Sequence record: ON528732
Reading direction: 5' to 3' (one strand)
DNA length: 64,000 nt
Origin: Shigella phage ESh22
Each line of letters opens with the position of its first letter. Position 1 is the stretch's first letter. Positions 18,366 to 26,564 of the stretch are shown here, piece after piece. A program made the position numbers and the translations under genes. Below the pieces are notes generated by a model that was given only the letters and a program-made list of their open reading frames with translations, was not told where the DNA came from and did no database searches.

Positions 18366-18923
18366 TTACGCTAAAACGTCGCTTACAGTGCTTTCTGTGA
18401 TGTTAGATTGTAAGTTGTCGCACAAATCACAAAACACGTTATTCATCTCATCGCTACGTTGAATCATTACAGCAATGTTATGTAATTCATCAGGTACATA
18501 GCCAAGATTTCTATTGTTTAAGTTAGGTACAAAGAACGGCGCATACATAGCATTAAAATCAGTTGTGTAAATCTTTTTAATCCAAGATTTATCAAAGTGT
18601 TCTGTAAAGCTTGCAACGTCGCTCATATTCTCACAACTCCAGTCATCTTGTAATTCATCCTCTGGAATGTCAAGTTCCAAGATAACTATTTTTTGTGATT
18701 TCATCTGGAAAGCTGCTGTAATGCTTGCGCTATCAAGAGCATTTCGGATACCCTCATCAGTGATTTGTTCTGCGTCCATATCTTCTACATCATAGAACTT
18801 GCTAACAGGGTAAACATAAAAACACCCATCACTATCTGAGCAATTCCAAGCCCCTGAAGGTTTTTCTCCACCACTTAGCAGGTTTACAAAGTTTTCTTGA
18901 GTAGTTCCGTGAAAGCATTTCAT
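18366..18923 (-). CDS. hypothetical early protein
   Basis: 185 aa ORF preceded by conserved leader. Confidence 0.5.
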   Translation of the reverse strand: MKCFHGTTQENFVNLLSGGEKPSGAWNCSDSDGCFYVYPVSKFYDVEDMDAEQITDEGIRNALDSASITAAFQMKSQKIVILELDIPEDELQDDWSCENMSDVASFTEHFDKSWIKKIYTTDFNAMYAPFFVPNLNNRNLGYVPDELHNIAVMIQRSDEMNNVFCDLCDNLQSNITESTVSDVLA

Positions 18924-19010
18924 TTTATAATCTCCAGTTTAGGATTATTGGGGCTTGCTTGCCCGTTGATGAGTACTTTAATATATCTAAAAATCAGTGT
19001 CAAACGTTTT

Positions 19011-19412
19011 TTAAAGTTCTGCGTAAATTGTATCGCAGATATCTTGAAAATCTTGCTTTTCTAAATTACGTTGTAACCACGTTGCAAAGAAATCAGCAAT
19101 TGCAAAGTTAGCATCAAACTCAACAGATAGCCACACTTTAACAGCAAATCGAAACATTTTCAAGTCTAATTCTTTATTAAGAACTTTTGACTTTGAAAGC
19201 ATATCAGCCATTTCATATTGTGCGCCGTCAAGTGTAACACCCTGTGCAACATTTGCAAGTGAATCTCTGATGTTTTCTACGTCTAAAATTACGCCTTGAA
19301 CTTTACCGATAATGCTATGTAAAACCTCATCCGGTGCGGTTGACGTGATAGCATTAATGCGGTTAACGGTCAAACGTGCTTTCAGAATAGCGATATCACG
19401 ATTAGTAGTCAT
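19011..19412 (-). CDS. hypothetical early protein
   Basis: 133 aa ORF preceded by conserved leader. Confidence 0.5.
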   Translation of the reverse strand: MTTNRDIAILKARLTVNRINAITSTAPDEVLHSIIGKVQGVILDVENIRDSLANVAQGVTLDGAQYEMADMLSKSKVLNKELDLKMFRFAVKVWLSVEFDANFAIADFFATWLQRNLEKQDFQDICDTIYAEL

Positions 19413-19498
19413 TTTTGAATCTCCAGTTTAGGTTATTGGGTAAATCTCTTTATCTGGGGCTATCTTATCAACCTGATAACCCCATGTAAAGCAATTTA

Positions 19499-19771
19499 TT
19501 AGACTAAATACAACTTTTTACCATTAACAATAATGTAACTTACACCACTATTGCTATAAACATCTTGATAAATTCTGCGTAACTTGCCTAAATAGCGTAC
19601 TTTCCAAGATGTAGGAATTTTCTTTCCATATCCTGTAGCTGTTTTTTGTAAACCTACTATTTGCCAATCTAATAAATGTTGCTCCGCTTTCAAGTCTTCA
19701 AAGTTTAATACACCATCTATATAGTGCTTTAAAGTTACGTTTAAAGTTCTGCCATTATTAGTTGTATACAT
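19499..19771 (-). CDS. hypothetical early protein
   Basis: 90 aa ORF preceded by conserved leader. Confidence 0.5.
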   Translation of the reverse strand: MYTTNNGRTLNVTLKHYIDGVLNFEDLKAEQHLLDWQIVGLQKTATGYGKKIPTSWKVRYLGKLRRIYQDVYSNSGVSYIIVNGKKLYLV

Positions 19772-19857
19772 TTTCAGATTCTCCAGTTTAGGATTGTTGG
19801 GGCTTCTATCTTGCCCCGTTGATGAGTACTTTACTTGTTTTGATTTGCCTTTGCAAG

Positions 19858-20184
19858 CTATTTTTTGCGTTTATTAATTTCTTGTGTAATAACCGGATAA
19901 TATTCTTTTAAATCAGTAGCTTGAATAGCATTTAGCAACGCATTGTAATCATTAACAAGCTCAAAGTTACCGGATAAAACATCACTGATTTGATAAGTGT
20001 CTGCCTTAAACCTGAAGCCCATCTCTAAACGCTGTAATTGTTCCACGCTTAAACGCTCTAGGAAGCTGCTTACAAGGTTTATTTTAACTTTCCTTGTGAT
20101 AGCCTTATCTGCATAATCTGAGGCTTGATAGGCTTTATACAGCGCCACAATTGAAATCAGAATTGCAATACCAGAAAGTAACAT
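19858..20184 (-). CDS. hypothetical membrane protein
   Basis: Track ORF 19858..20241; start moved to ATG at 20184 with GGGAAGG RBS; N-terminal TM segment. Confidence 0.4.
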   Translation of the reverse strand: MLLSGIAILISIVALYKAYQASDYADKAITRKVKINLVSSFLERLSVEQLQRLEMGFRFKADTYQISDVLSGNFELVNDYNALLNAIQATDLKEYYPVITQEINKRKK

Positions 20185-20185
20185 T

Positions 20186-20476
20186 TTAAACCTTCCCAAC
20201 GTGTGATAATCTACCAGTGTGACTAATTTCATATGAATCAATCATATCAGCTTTTGATTTTACTGCTGATTTGCTAGTATTATCATAAATGTCAACCTGA
20301 AGCAATGGCTTGCCATGTTCTTTTTGAAAGTTCCAAATACAGATTAAAACTTCTTTCTTGTTAATCTTCCCATGATACCACTCTATAACACCCTGTGAAC
20401 GTCTATGAGATTCTACAAAAGAAATGTTTTGTAGTAATTGGCTTAACTTTGAGCGTACATTAGCAGGAATTTTCAT
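20186..20476 (-). CDS. hypothetical early protein
   Basis: 96 aa ORF preceded by conserved leader. Confidence 0.5.
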   Translation of the reverse strand: MKIPANVRSKLSQLLQNISFVESHRRSQGVIEWYHGKINKKEVLICIWNFQKEHGKPLLQVDIYDNTSKSAVKSKADMIDSYEISHTGRLSHVGKV

Positions 20477-20560
20477 TTTAGATACTCCAGTTTAGGATTG
20501 TTGGTAAAGCTCTTTATCTGGGGCTATCTTATCAGCCTGATAACCCCATGTAAAGTACTT

Positions 20561-21073
20561 TTAGATATTAAAGATATTCATCACACTATCTTTTAAATCT
20601 TCCAAGCGCTCTAAAACTTCCTCTTCAGCACCTGAATTACTCACTTCCTCTTTTAAGCGTGAATCTAAATCTTCCCCGTCAAGATAGCACCAATCGAAAC
20701 CATACGCAAGAGAAAAACTATTTAGAACCGTGTTCCCTTCTGAGTCAATCACTGAGGCGTATAGAATGTAGCTATTTGCCCCTAAATCCCTTTCTAGTTC
20801 ATCTTGTAAGCTCTTGTAAGCGGCTAATGATGGGTTATCCCTTCCCTGTTTTGCGTAATCACTGGCAAGCTGTGAAAGCGCATAGTGCATAGGAATTGCA
20901 TATTTGTAGCCGTTACGTTCTGAGTTTTTAACTTTGATTGTAACTCCTCCTTTATGCTCATCAGTGAATTGCCAGTTATCCACACAATGGGAAGGCTCAT
21001 AAACATTCATTGCTTCAAAGATGATAGTAAATTTTTCTTTTTGAACTTCAAAGGTGCTTTCGACTGATTTCAT
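20561..21073 (-). CDS. hypothetical early protein, acidic C-terminus
   Basis: 170 aa ORF preceded by conserved leader. Confidence 0.5.
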   Translation of the reverse strand: MKSVESTFEVQKEKFTIIFEAMNVYEPSHCVDNWQFTDEHKGGVTIKVKNSERNGYKYAIPMHYALSQLASDYAKQGRDNPSLAAYKSLQDELERDLGANSYILYASVIDSEGNTVLNSFSLAYGFDWCYLDGEDLDSRLKEEVSNSGAEEEVLERLEDLKDSVMNIFNI

Positions 21074-21159
21074 TTTTTGAATTTCCAGTTTAGGATTGTT
21101 GGTAAAGCTCTTTATCTGGGGCTTATACTATCGACTTATAAACCCCATGTAAAGTACTT

Positions 21160-21417
21160 TTAGATTAAATTGCCAATTAATGCTAAGTGCATTTTGTAAC
21201 CCTGTTTTGTAAACACGTTAGTGTTACCGATAGTTTTTACACCTTTAAACATATTGCAAGAGCTATGTTTGAGAGTTAATTTTTTGTCTGTCTTTACGCC
21301 CCATCTTACAGCAGAATCTTTTCCGTTGTCAACCACTTTACCATTTAATTTTTTAGCAGTTGCACGAGCATCATCACGGGATTTTGCAGTAATTACGATG
21401 TTTTTAATGGTAGCCAT
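21160..21417 (-). CDS. hypothetical early protein
   Basis: 85 aa ORF preceded by conserved leader. Confidence 0.5.
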   Translation of the reverse strand: MATIKNIVITAKSRDDARATAKKLNGKVVDNGKDSAVRWGVKTDKKLTLKHSSCNMFKGVKTIGNTNVFTKQGYKMHLALIGNLI

Positions 21418-21504
21418 TTTTAGAATCTCCAGTTTAGGTTAGTGATAAAATTCTTTATCTGGGGCTTATACTAGCAACTCATAAACCCCATGTAAAGCAC
21501 TTTA

Positions 21505-21888
21505 TTAGTTAATTTTGAAATCTGTTACATACCCATCACTACCAATCATTTGAGATACGCCAGCTTTTTCGACATTGTAACCCATATTAGCAAGATGATA
21601 GATTGCATCCTCATAACCATAAGTGCCACCCTGATAGCGGCGTTTATCACAACGGATTAACGTTTTACCACGTGCAGCCAGTGCATTGATGATGGCTTTT
21701 TCTCCTGAGAGTGTATCATCTAACATTGTAACGGTGTAGTGGTTTATCTTGTTACCGTTTACATCATACTTAAAATTGTATGCGTGTACAACAATTATTT
21801 TGCCTTTGAATTGCTCATTCATGGAATTTTCCAGAGCATCGCGAAAGTTTTCTTTCTTGATAAACTTTGGCATATAGTATTTTTTCAT
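21505..21888 (-). CDS. hypothetical early protein
   Basis: 127 aa ORF preceded by conserved leader. Confidence 0.5.
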   Translation of the reverse strand: MKKYYMPKFIKKENFRDALENSMNEQFKGKIIVVHAYNFKYDVNGNKINHYTVTMLDDTLSGEKAIINALAARGKTLIRCDKRRYQGGTYGYEDAIYHLANMGYNVEKAGVSQMIGSDGYVTDFKIN

Positions 21889-21976
21889 TTTAGATTCTCC
21901 AGTTTAGGATTGTTTAGTGATAAAGTTCTTTATCTGGGGCTTAAGATACTACCTTTTAAACCCCATGTGAAGCACT

Positions 21977-22138
21977 TTATGCAATAATTTTTATAAAATC
22001 TTTCATGGTTATTTTGTCGCCATTTGTTAGGGCTATGCAGTCATTACCCATCACTGACTTGTAAAGATAGAAAACTTTTCCCGTTTTAGGGTAGCCGTCT
22101 AAATCCTTGTAACGTATTACATTGCTTTCTTTAATCAT
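21977..22138 (-). CDS. small hypothetical protein (53 aa)
   Basis: ORF below track size cut-off; weak RBS. Confidence 0.25.
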   Translation of the reverse strand: MIKESNVIRYKDLDGYPKTGKVFYLYKSVMGNDCIALTNGDKITMKDFIKIIA

Positions 22139-22150
22139 TGTCAAGCCCTT

Positions 22151-22357
22151 TTAAACGTCATAGTAGTAAACTGCTGTATGTCTTGTAAACTGTCTTGTGT
22201 GATTTGTCAAATAACAATCCGACCTGATTGATGTATCAACATACTTGTCATAATCCTTTTCGGATATTCTCTGCCATACATCACAAATAAGCATAAAGAA
22301 ACGGCGCTTTTTAGTCTTGTTATTGTCTACAATCATCAATTGGCGTTGATATAACAT
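22151..22357 (-). CDS. hypothetical early protein
   Basis: 68 aa ORF preceded by conserved leader at 22360-22382. Confidence 0.45.
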   Translation of the reverse strand: MLYQRQLMIVDNNKTKKRRFFMLICDVWQRISEKDYDKYVDTSIRSDCYLTNHTRQFTRHTAVYYYDV

Positions 22358-22544
22358 TTTAGAATCTCCAGTTTAGGATTGTTGGGATTGCTTCCCGTTG
22401 ATGCAAATACTATAAGACTGGTTTTTTAGAGTCAAGCAAATTTTTAAAAATATTTTTGGCATGTTGTGAATGAAACGGGCGCGTACACATAGCACTAAAC
22501 AGAAAACTAGTCAAGAATTATTTTTTAATCCGCTACAAATTTTT

Positions 22545-22800
22545 CTCTTGACTTTTGGGAGGAAGGGGAGTAAGAGGGGGTGGTGGGGCTGGCTGGCTAT
22601 ATCTGGCTACCTGCACAAATTGAAAATGAATTTTCTTGCCCGACCTGATTTTTCTCTGCACAATTTTGAAATGAAAAAGCTCTTTGGAGTTCACCTGCAC
22701 AAATTGAAAATGAATTTTCCCTTTGGAGTTGACTTTGATTTCACTCTACAGATTTCTTTATAGACCTTTATCTGCACGATTTTGAAATGAAAAAGCCCTC
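22545..22800. repeat. G-rich tract followed by four copies of a 22-26 bp iteron-like repeat
   Basis: CCTGCACAAATTGAAAATGAATTTTC at 22610-22635 and 22697-22722; related CTGCACAATTTTGAAATGAAAAAGC at 22647-22673 and 22771-22797. Confidence 0.6.
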
Positions 22801-22862
22801 CTTACCTTGTGTTTGCAAGAACAAGAAAGGCTTACTCTATTGTGAATACTTTACAAAGTTAC

Positions 22863-23657
22863 TTAGTTACGTGCTTCAACAAAGCTAAAACGTTTATCAG
22901 AGATAATCTTATCAGCTTCTTCATGGTCTTGTGCAAGAAGGTAAACACTTGCATTGTCACCAAATGTTACTGCTCTCAAGCAGTGGTCGTGTAACGGGTG
23001 GGTAACTTGAGCGTTACTCAGAGAGTACTTCTCAACCGGAGGGTTACTTTTATGCACCTTACCCTTCCGTTTTACCCGTAGTGTAACTTGATTATCCTTC
23101 ACAACTGCGACACCATCAAAGTGTTGAGGTTCACTGTAGTTGTTCCAACCAACTATGTTATTGGTTAGTCGTCTGTGCATTGTTTCTTCATAGACATAAA
23201 GGTAAACGTCTACATCTTTCATTGTCTGGTTAATGATTGAAGTAACTGCAAAGATATCCAGACCACCAATCCCTGCACAAATCATTGGAAGACCAACCTT
23301 CTTAAGCTGGTTTACTTTGCAGTAGTTGTTAAGACGCTGCAAAGCTGCTTCTAAGGCATTGTAACGTGCATCTTTACCAGTGATAACCTGAGTGTATAGG
23401 TTAGCAATTCGACCCTGCTTGAAACGTGCTACAGAGATATTGCCAAGCATAAGATGTACAGGTTTATGGTTCTCACCACCAACTGTCTCATAAACTTCAG
23501 CGTCAGTCTCATAAGCTTTTGGGTAGCGTTTTGAGATTGTTGCTGCAATACCTGCACCCATCAAGTTCATGCAGTTGCATCCGTGACCAATGATATCAAA
23601 CTTCTGGTTATCAAAGGCTTCAAAGATATCACCTTTAATGATTTTTACAATGCCCAT
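22863..23657 (-). CDS. macro-domain protein, TARG1/DarG-like (candidate ADP-ribose hydrolase)
   Basis: 264 aa; KGDIFEA...DIIGHGCNCMNLMGAGIAATI and VGLPMICAGIGGLDIF recalled as TARG1-type macro-domain motifs; extra C-terminal region of about 110 aa. Confidence 0.6.
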   Translation of the reverse strand: MGIVKIIKGDIFEAFDNQKFDIIGHGCNCMNLMGAGIAATISKRYPKAYETDAEVYETVGGENHKPVHLMLGNISVARFKQGRIANLYTQVITGKDARYNALEAALQRLNNYCKVNQLKKVGLPMICAGIGGLDIFAVTSIINQTMKDVDVYLYVYEETMHRRLTNNIVGWNNYSEPQHFDGVAVVKDNQVTLRVKRKGKVHKSNPPVEKYSLSNAQVTHPLHDHCLRAVTFGDNASVYLLAQDHEEADKIISDKRFSFVEARN

Positions 23658-23658
23658 G

Positions 23659-23859
23659 TTACCATTTCTCCCACGATTCTTTATCTTCAGAAGGTTTTAC
23701 ACGTTGCCCTTCATGGTCTACCCAGATTCCACCACAACCTTCACAGAGTGTTGGCATAGCATAACCAGCTTTGAAATCTTCTTCAGTGATAAGACCTTTC
23801 AAGTCTCCTGTATCTCGTCCAAACATTTCAATAGAGCAATCTTTGCAGAAATCAGCCAT
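23659..23859 (-). CDS. small zinc-ribbon protein
   Basis: 66 aa; CKDC...CEGCGG cysteine pairs. Confidence 0.45.
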   Translation of the reverse strand: MADFCKDCSIEMFGRDTGDLKGLITEEDFKAGYAMPTLCEGCGGIWVDHEGQRVKPSEDKESWEKW

Positions 23860-24106
23860 TTGAAATTACCTCTTGGAAGAAAACATCATTGTAAGTTTTA
23901 TATTGGCGTTGTTTGTACTCTCCCAATGACTCACTCAGGTACTTGCCTACGTAATGTTTGAAATCACCATCTTTGAAATGTCTATGCCCTAACACAGAAC
24001 CTTCACAAATCTTTGCGCTAAATGGAATTACTTCTCGGCGACCTACAAAGATTGCACCACCAAGTGCTTTTCTAGTCTTCTTACAGCGTGTGATTATTGC
24101 TTTCAT
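23852..24106 (-). CDS. hypothetical protein
   Basis: 84 aa ORF. Confidence 0.4.
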   Translation of the reverse strand: MKAIITRCKKTRKALGGAIFVGRREVIPFSAKICEGSVLGHRHFKDGDFKHYVGKYLSESLGEYKQRQYKTYNDVFFQEVISNG

Positions 24107-24407
24107 ACATCACCTTTTCAGTTAGTTGATACAAGTCTACATGTTCAATTCCAACAATGTCAATACCAATTTTAGCGTAACGCTCTTTGATATCATTATC
24201 GTTCATCCAAACGAGACACCAATGATTTCTAACAGACTCTTCAAGCTTATGTACACAATCTTGGAATGTTGGGGTATCACCTCTTGTACCAATCATGGCG
24301 ATTACACCATATAGAAACTCACCATTGCCATATGTCACTTGGGCTACACCAATATCTTTCTCATTATCTGAGAATACGGCTACAATGGTTTTACCATTAA
24401 GTTCCAT
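24081..24407 (-). CDS. hypothetical protein
   Basis: 108 aa ORF. Confidence 0.45.
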   Translation of the reverse strand: MELNGKTIVAVFSDNEKDIGVAQVTYGNGEFLYGVIAMIGTRGDTPTFQDCVHKLEESVRNHWCLVWMNDNDIKERYAKIGIDIVGIEHVDLYQLTEKVMYESNNHTL

Positions 24408-24567
24408 TAGAGATTACCTCTTTAATTTGTTGTAAGATTGCTTCTGAAGCTTCTTCCCATAAGGTAGAGTTTTCAATTGAATCTTTAACCTGTGCAATAC
24501 CAATATTAAAACGGGTATCACCATACTCTTCAATCAAGTTAAGAAGCTTCTGTTTGTCCACAATCAT
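24397..24567 (-). CDS. small hypothetical protein (56 aa)
   Basis: ORF below track cut-off, ATG 3 nt after upstream stop. Confidence 0.3.
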   Translation of the reverse strand: MIVDKQKLLNLIEEYGDTRFNIGIAQVKDSIENSTLWEEASEAILQQIKEVISNGT

Positions 24568-24833
24568 TCCCTCGTTTTTAACGTTGCGTAGATTTCTTTG
24601 GAATCTTCACCGAACCAGATATAGTGATTCTCTTTGATTTCAGGATGGTTGTCAACACGAATCTTACATTCTCTTCCAACATGTTTTAACTGTGCCGTGA
24701 TTCCCTGTATGAATAGGTGACACATGATATCATCCATGATTGTTGGTAAGAAGTCAATTCTCATGTAAGTGTTGCTTGGTCTTGGGAGTAGTAGATAACC
24801 TTCTACATAGAACGTTTCATTCTTCTCTGTCAT
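24564..24833 (-). CDS. hypothetical protein
   Basis: 89 aa ORF. Confidence 0.45.
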   Translation of the reverse strand: MTEKNETFYVEGYLLLPRPSNTYMRIDFLPTIMDDIMCHLFIQGITAQLKHVGRECKIRVDNHPEIKENHYIWFGEDSKEIYATLKTRE

Positions 24834-25099
24834 TGCTGCTTATTCCCTAACAAAATCATATCAATCAAATTGTTTGCCTTGATAGCACATTCATAGAATC
24901 CATCACGATAAAACTCCATAGCACTAGCAAGGTCTTCACCCTTAGTACCTTTGACAGTGTACCTAGTTTCTTCCTGAGTGTACTTGTCACTCTCACTTAC
25001 TTGGGAGTTTTTGAAGGTACTGTTCACCTTGTTCATTGAACACCCTGACATAAGACTCAGTAGCACAAATATTAAGAAACTCTGTCTTAGTTTTTTCAT
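24830..25099 (-). CDS. o-spanin-like outer-membrane lipoprotein
   Basis: 89 aa; signal peptide with lipobox LMSGC; start lies inside the i-spanin-like gene in another frame. Confidence 0.5.
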   Translation of the reverse strand: MKKLRQSFLIFVLLSLMSGCSMNKVNSTFKNSQVSESDKYTQEETRYTVKGTKGEDLASAMEFYRDGFYECAIKANNLIDMILLGNKQQ

Positions 25100-25340
25100 A
25101 AGTTAATACCTCTTTTGTGTGTTTGTTTTTAGCAAGCACATCTTTCAAATCGTTTTTGTAATTAGCGCTAAGGTTTGCTAAACCTTCTTGGTAAGCATCC
25201 TTAGCAACACTAACCAATCTCTGATTAGTCAACTCTTTCTCGTTAACTTGGCTGGTCTTGTAAGTATAACCTCCCCAAGCACCAACACCTAACAGAAACA
25301 TGATTACAAAAGCAGCTTGACAAAATTCTTTAAATGTCAT
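24993..25340 (-). CDS. i-spanin-like inner-membrane protein
   Basis: 115 aa; N-terminal TM segment then charged helical periplasmic part; overlaps lipoprotein gene. Confidence 0.5.
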   Translation of the reverse strand: MTFKEFCQAAFVIMFLLGVGAWGGYTYKTSQVNEKELTNQRLVSVAKDAYQEGLANLSANYKNDLKDVLAKNKHTKEVLTYEKTKTEFLNICATESYVRVFNEQGEQYLQKLPSK

Positions 25341-25357
25341 TTAACTTCTCCTAGAAA

Positions 25358-25383
25358 TGAAAAAGGCTCCCGAAGGAGCCTCT
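25358..25383 (-). terminator. rho-independent terminator
   Basis: Minus-strand hairpin GAGGCTCCTTCGGGAGCC followed by TTTTT. Confidence 0.6.
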
Positions 25384-25392
25384 ATATTAACC

Positions 25393-25857
25393 TTAACCTA
25401 GAACTTTAGCAAGCACATTTGCAGCCATTGTTGAGGCTTTAGCAGCAGCGTTAACCCCAGCTTTAATGGTGCTGTCCTTGATAGCTGATACCGTTGCAGC
25501 ATCAGTAAACAGATAAGTGGTAGTCTTTTCACCACTTGTGAAGGAAAGCATAAGAGCAGTTTCCAGATTGAAGGAACGGTATGGTGCTCCCTGTTTTACA
25601 ATCCCTGCTGCACCAAGTTCTGAAGCCATACCCATATCATAGATGGTCATCAGATTTTCTTTGTGGGCAGTTGTAGAACCAACACCTTTAACGTGTTTAG
25701 AAACATTCAGCAGAGCACGATACTCACGAATTTCTCCGTCAGCTTTGACGTTTACTGCTCGGAAGATTTTACCTTCAAAGTTGTCTTTGATGATACGACG
25801 AACAACTTCAGATTTGTTTCCGGTTGCATCGATAGCTACTGTGATAATATTTTGCAT
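25393..25857 (-). CDS. hypothetical protein
   Basis: 154 aa ORF followed by terminator. Confidence 0.5.
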   Translation of the reverse strand: MQNIITVAIDATGNKSEVVRRIIKDNFEGKIFRAVNVKADGEIREYRALLNVSKHVKGVGSTTAHKENLMTIYDMGMASELGAAGIVKQGAPYRSFNLETALMLSFTSGEKTTTYLFTDAATVSAIKDSTIKAGVNAAAKASTMAANVLAKVLG

Positions 25858-25868
25858 GGTTTTATCTC

Positions 25869-26564
25869 TCAGTTTTTAACTAACATTGTTTTAATGTGTG
25901 GAAGGATTCTTTCGACCTTTGCCACGTTCTTTACTGTATCTTCTATAAAGCATACTACATCATAGTAAGGTAGAATGCAAGACTGAAGCATACGAACTTT
26001 CAAACTTTCTGCACTAATCTCATTGTCACCGAATCCACGCATAAATAGTAGGAAGTCACTGTCTGTGTTCTCATTCAGGAAGAGATGTGTAACCACTCTT
26101 TGTGATTCACCACGAGCAGTTAAGAATCCTATATCAGCATTCTGTGAGATTCCACATAGGATGTTAAAAACATAAGTTGGTTTAGCCCTGTGAGAGTCTA
26201 CCAAGTTTGTGTACTGTGAGTAAGTACCATCATCTAACAAGGTTGCATTAAGACTTTTGTCAAAGCTTGTAAGAACTCCGTCAATATCTGCCAGAACCAT
26301 TTTACGTTTTGCTTCTAAGTCTTTTGCAACTAAGATGAGGCTGTTACGATTTACATACACAGTCTTACCAGTTAGCAAATCTTGACAAGGAATCTTTGTC
26401 ATCGTTGAGTGAAAATCTTCAAAACGACACACAACATATCTTGCTGTATCTGCAAAGTCAGCTTTAACAGTTTCTGACCAGCTTGCAGAACTGATATCTA
26501 AATCCAAAGGTTTGATATCATAAGCATGACACAGCACCTTATCAAATTGTTTTGATTCGCTCAT
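25869..26564 (-). CDS. HAD-superfamily hydrolase-like protein (candidate nucleotide phosphatase)
   Basis: 231 aa; DxDGxLT motif (VLADIDGVLT) after an N-terminal extension of about 85 aa. Confidence 0.4.
   Translation of the reverse strand: MSESKQFDKVLCHAYDIKPLDLDISSASWSETVKADFADTARYVVCRFEDFHSTMTKIPCQDLLTGKTVYVNRNSLILVAKDLEAKRKMVLADIDGVLTSFDKSLNATLLDDGTYSQYTNLVDSHRAKPTYVFNILCGISQNADIGFLTARGESQRVVTHLFLNENTDSDFLLFMRGFGDNEISAESLKVRMLQSCILPYYDVVCFIEDTVKNVAKVERILPHIKTMLVKN

Noticed and set aside
15961-22400. CRISPR array suggested by the 15-fold recurrence of CTCCAGTTTAGG
   Set aside because: Repeats are 250-550 bp apart with irregular spacing, each abuts a start codon and RBS, and the intervening sequence is protein-coding; this is a promoter/leader family.
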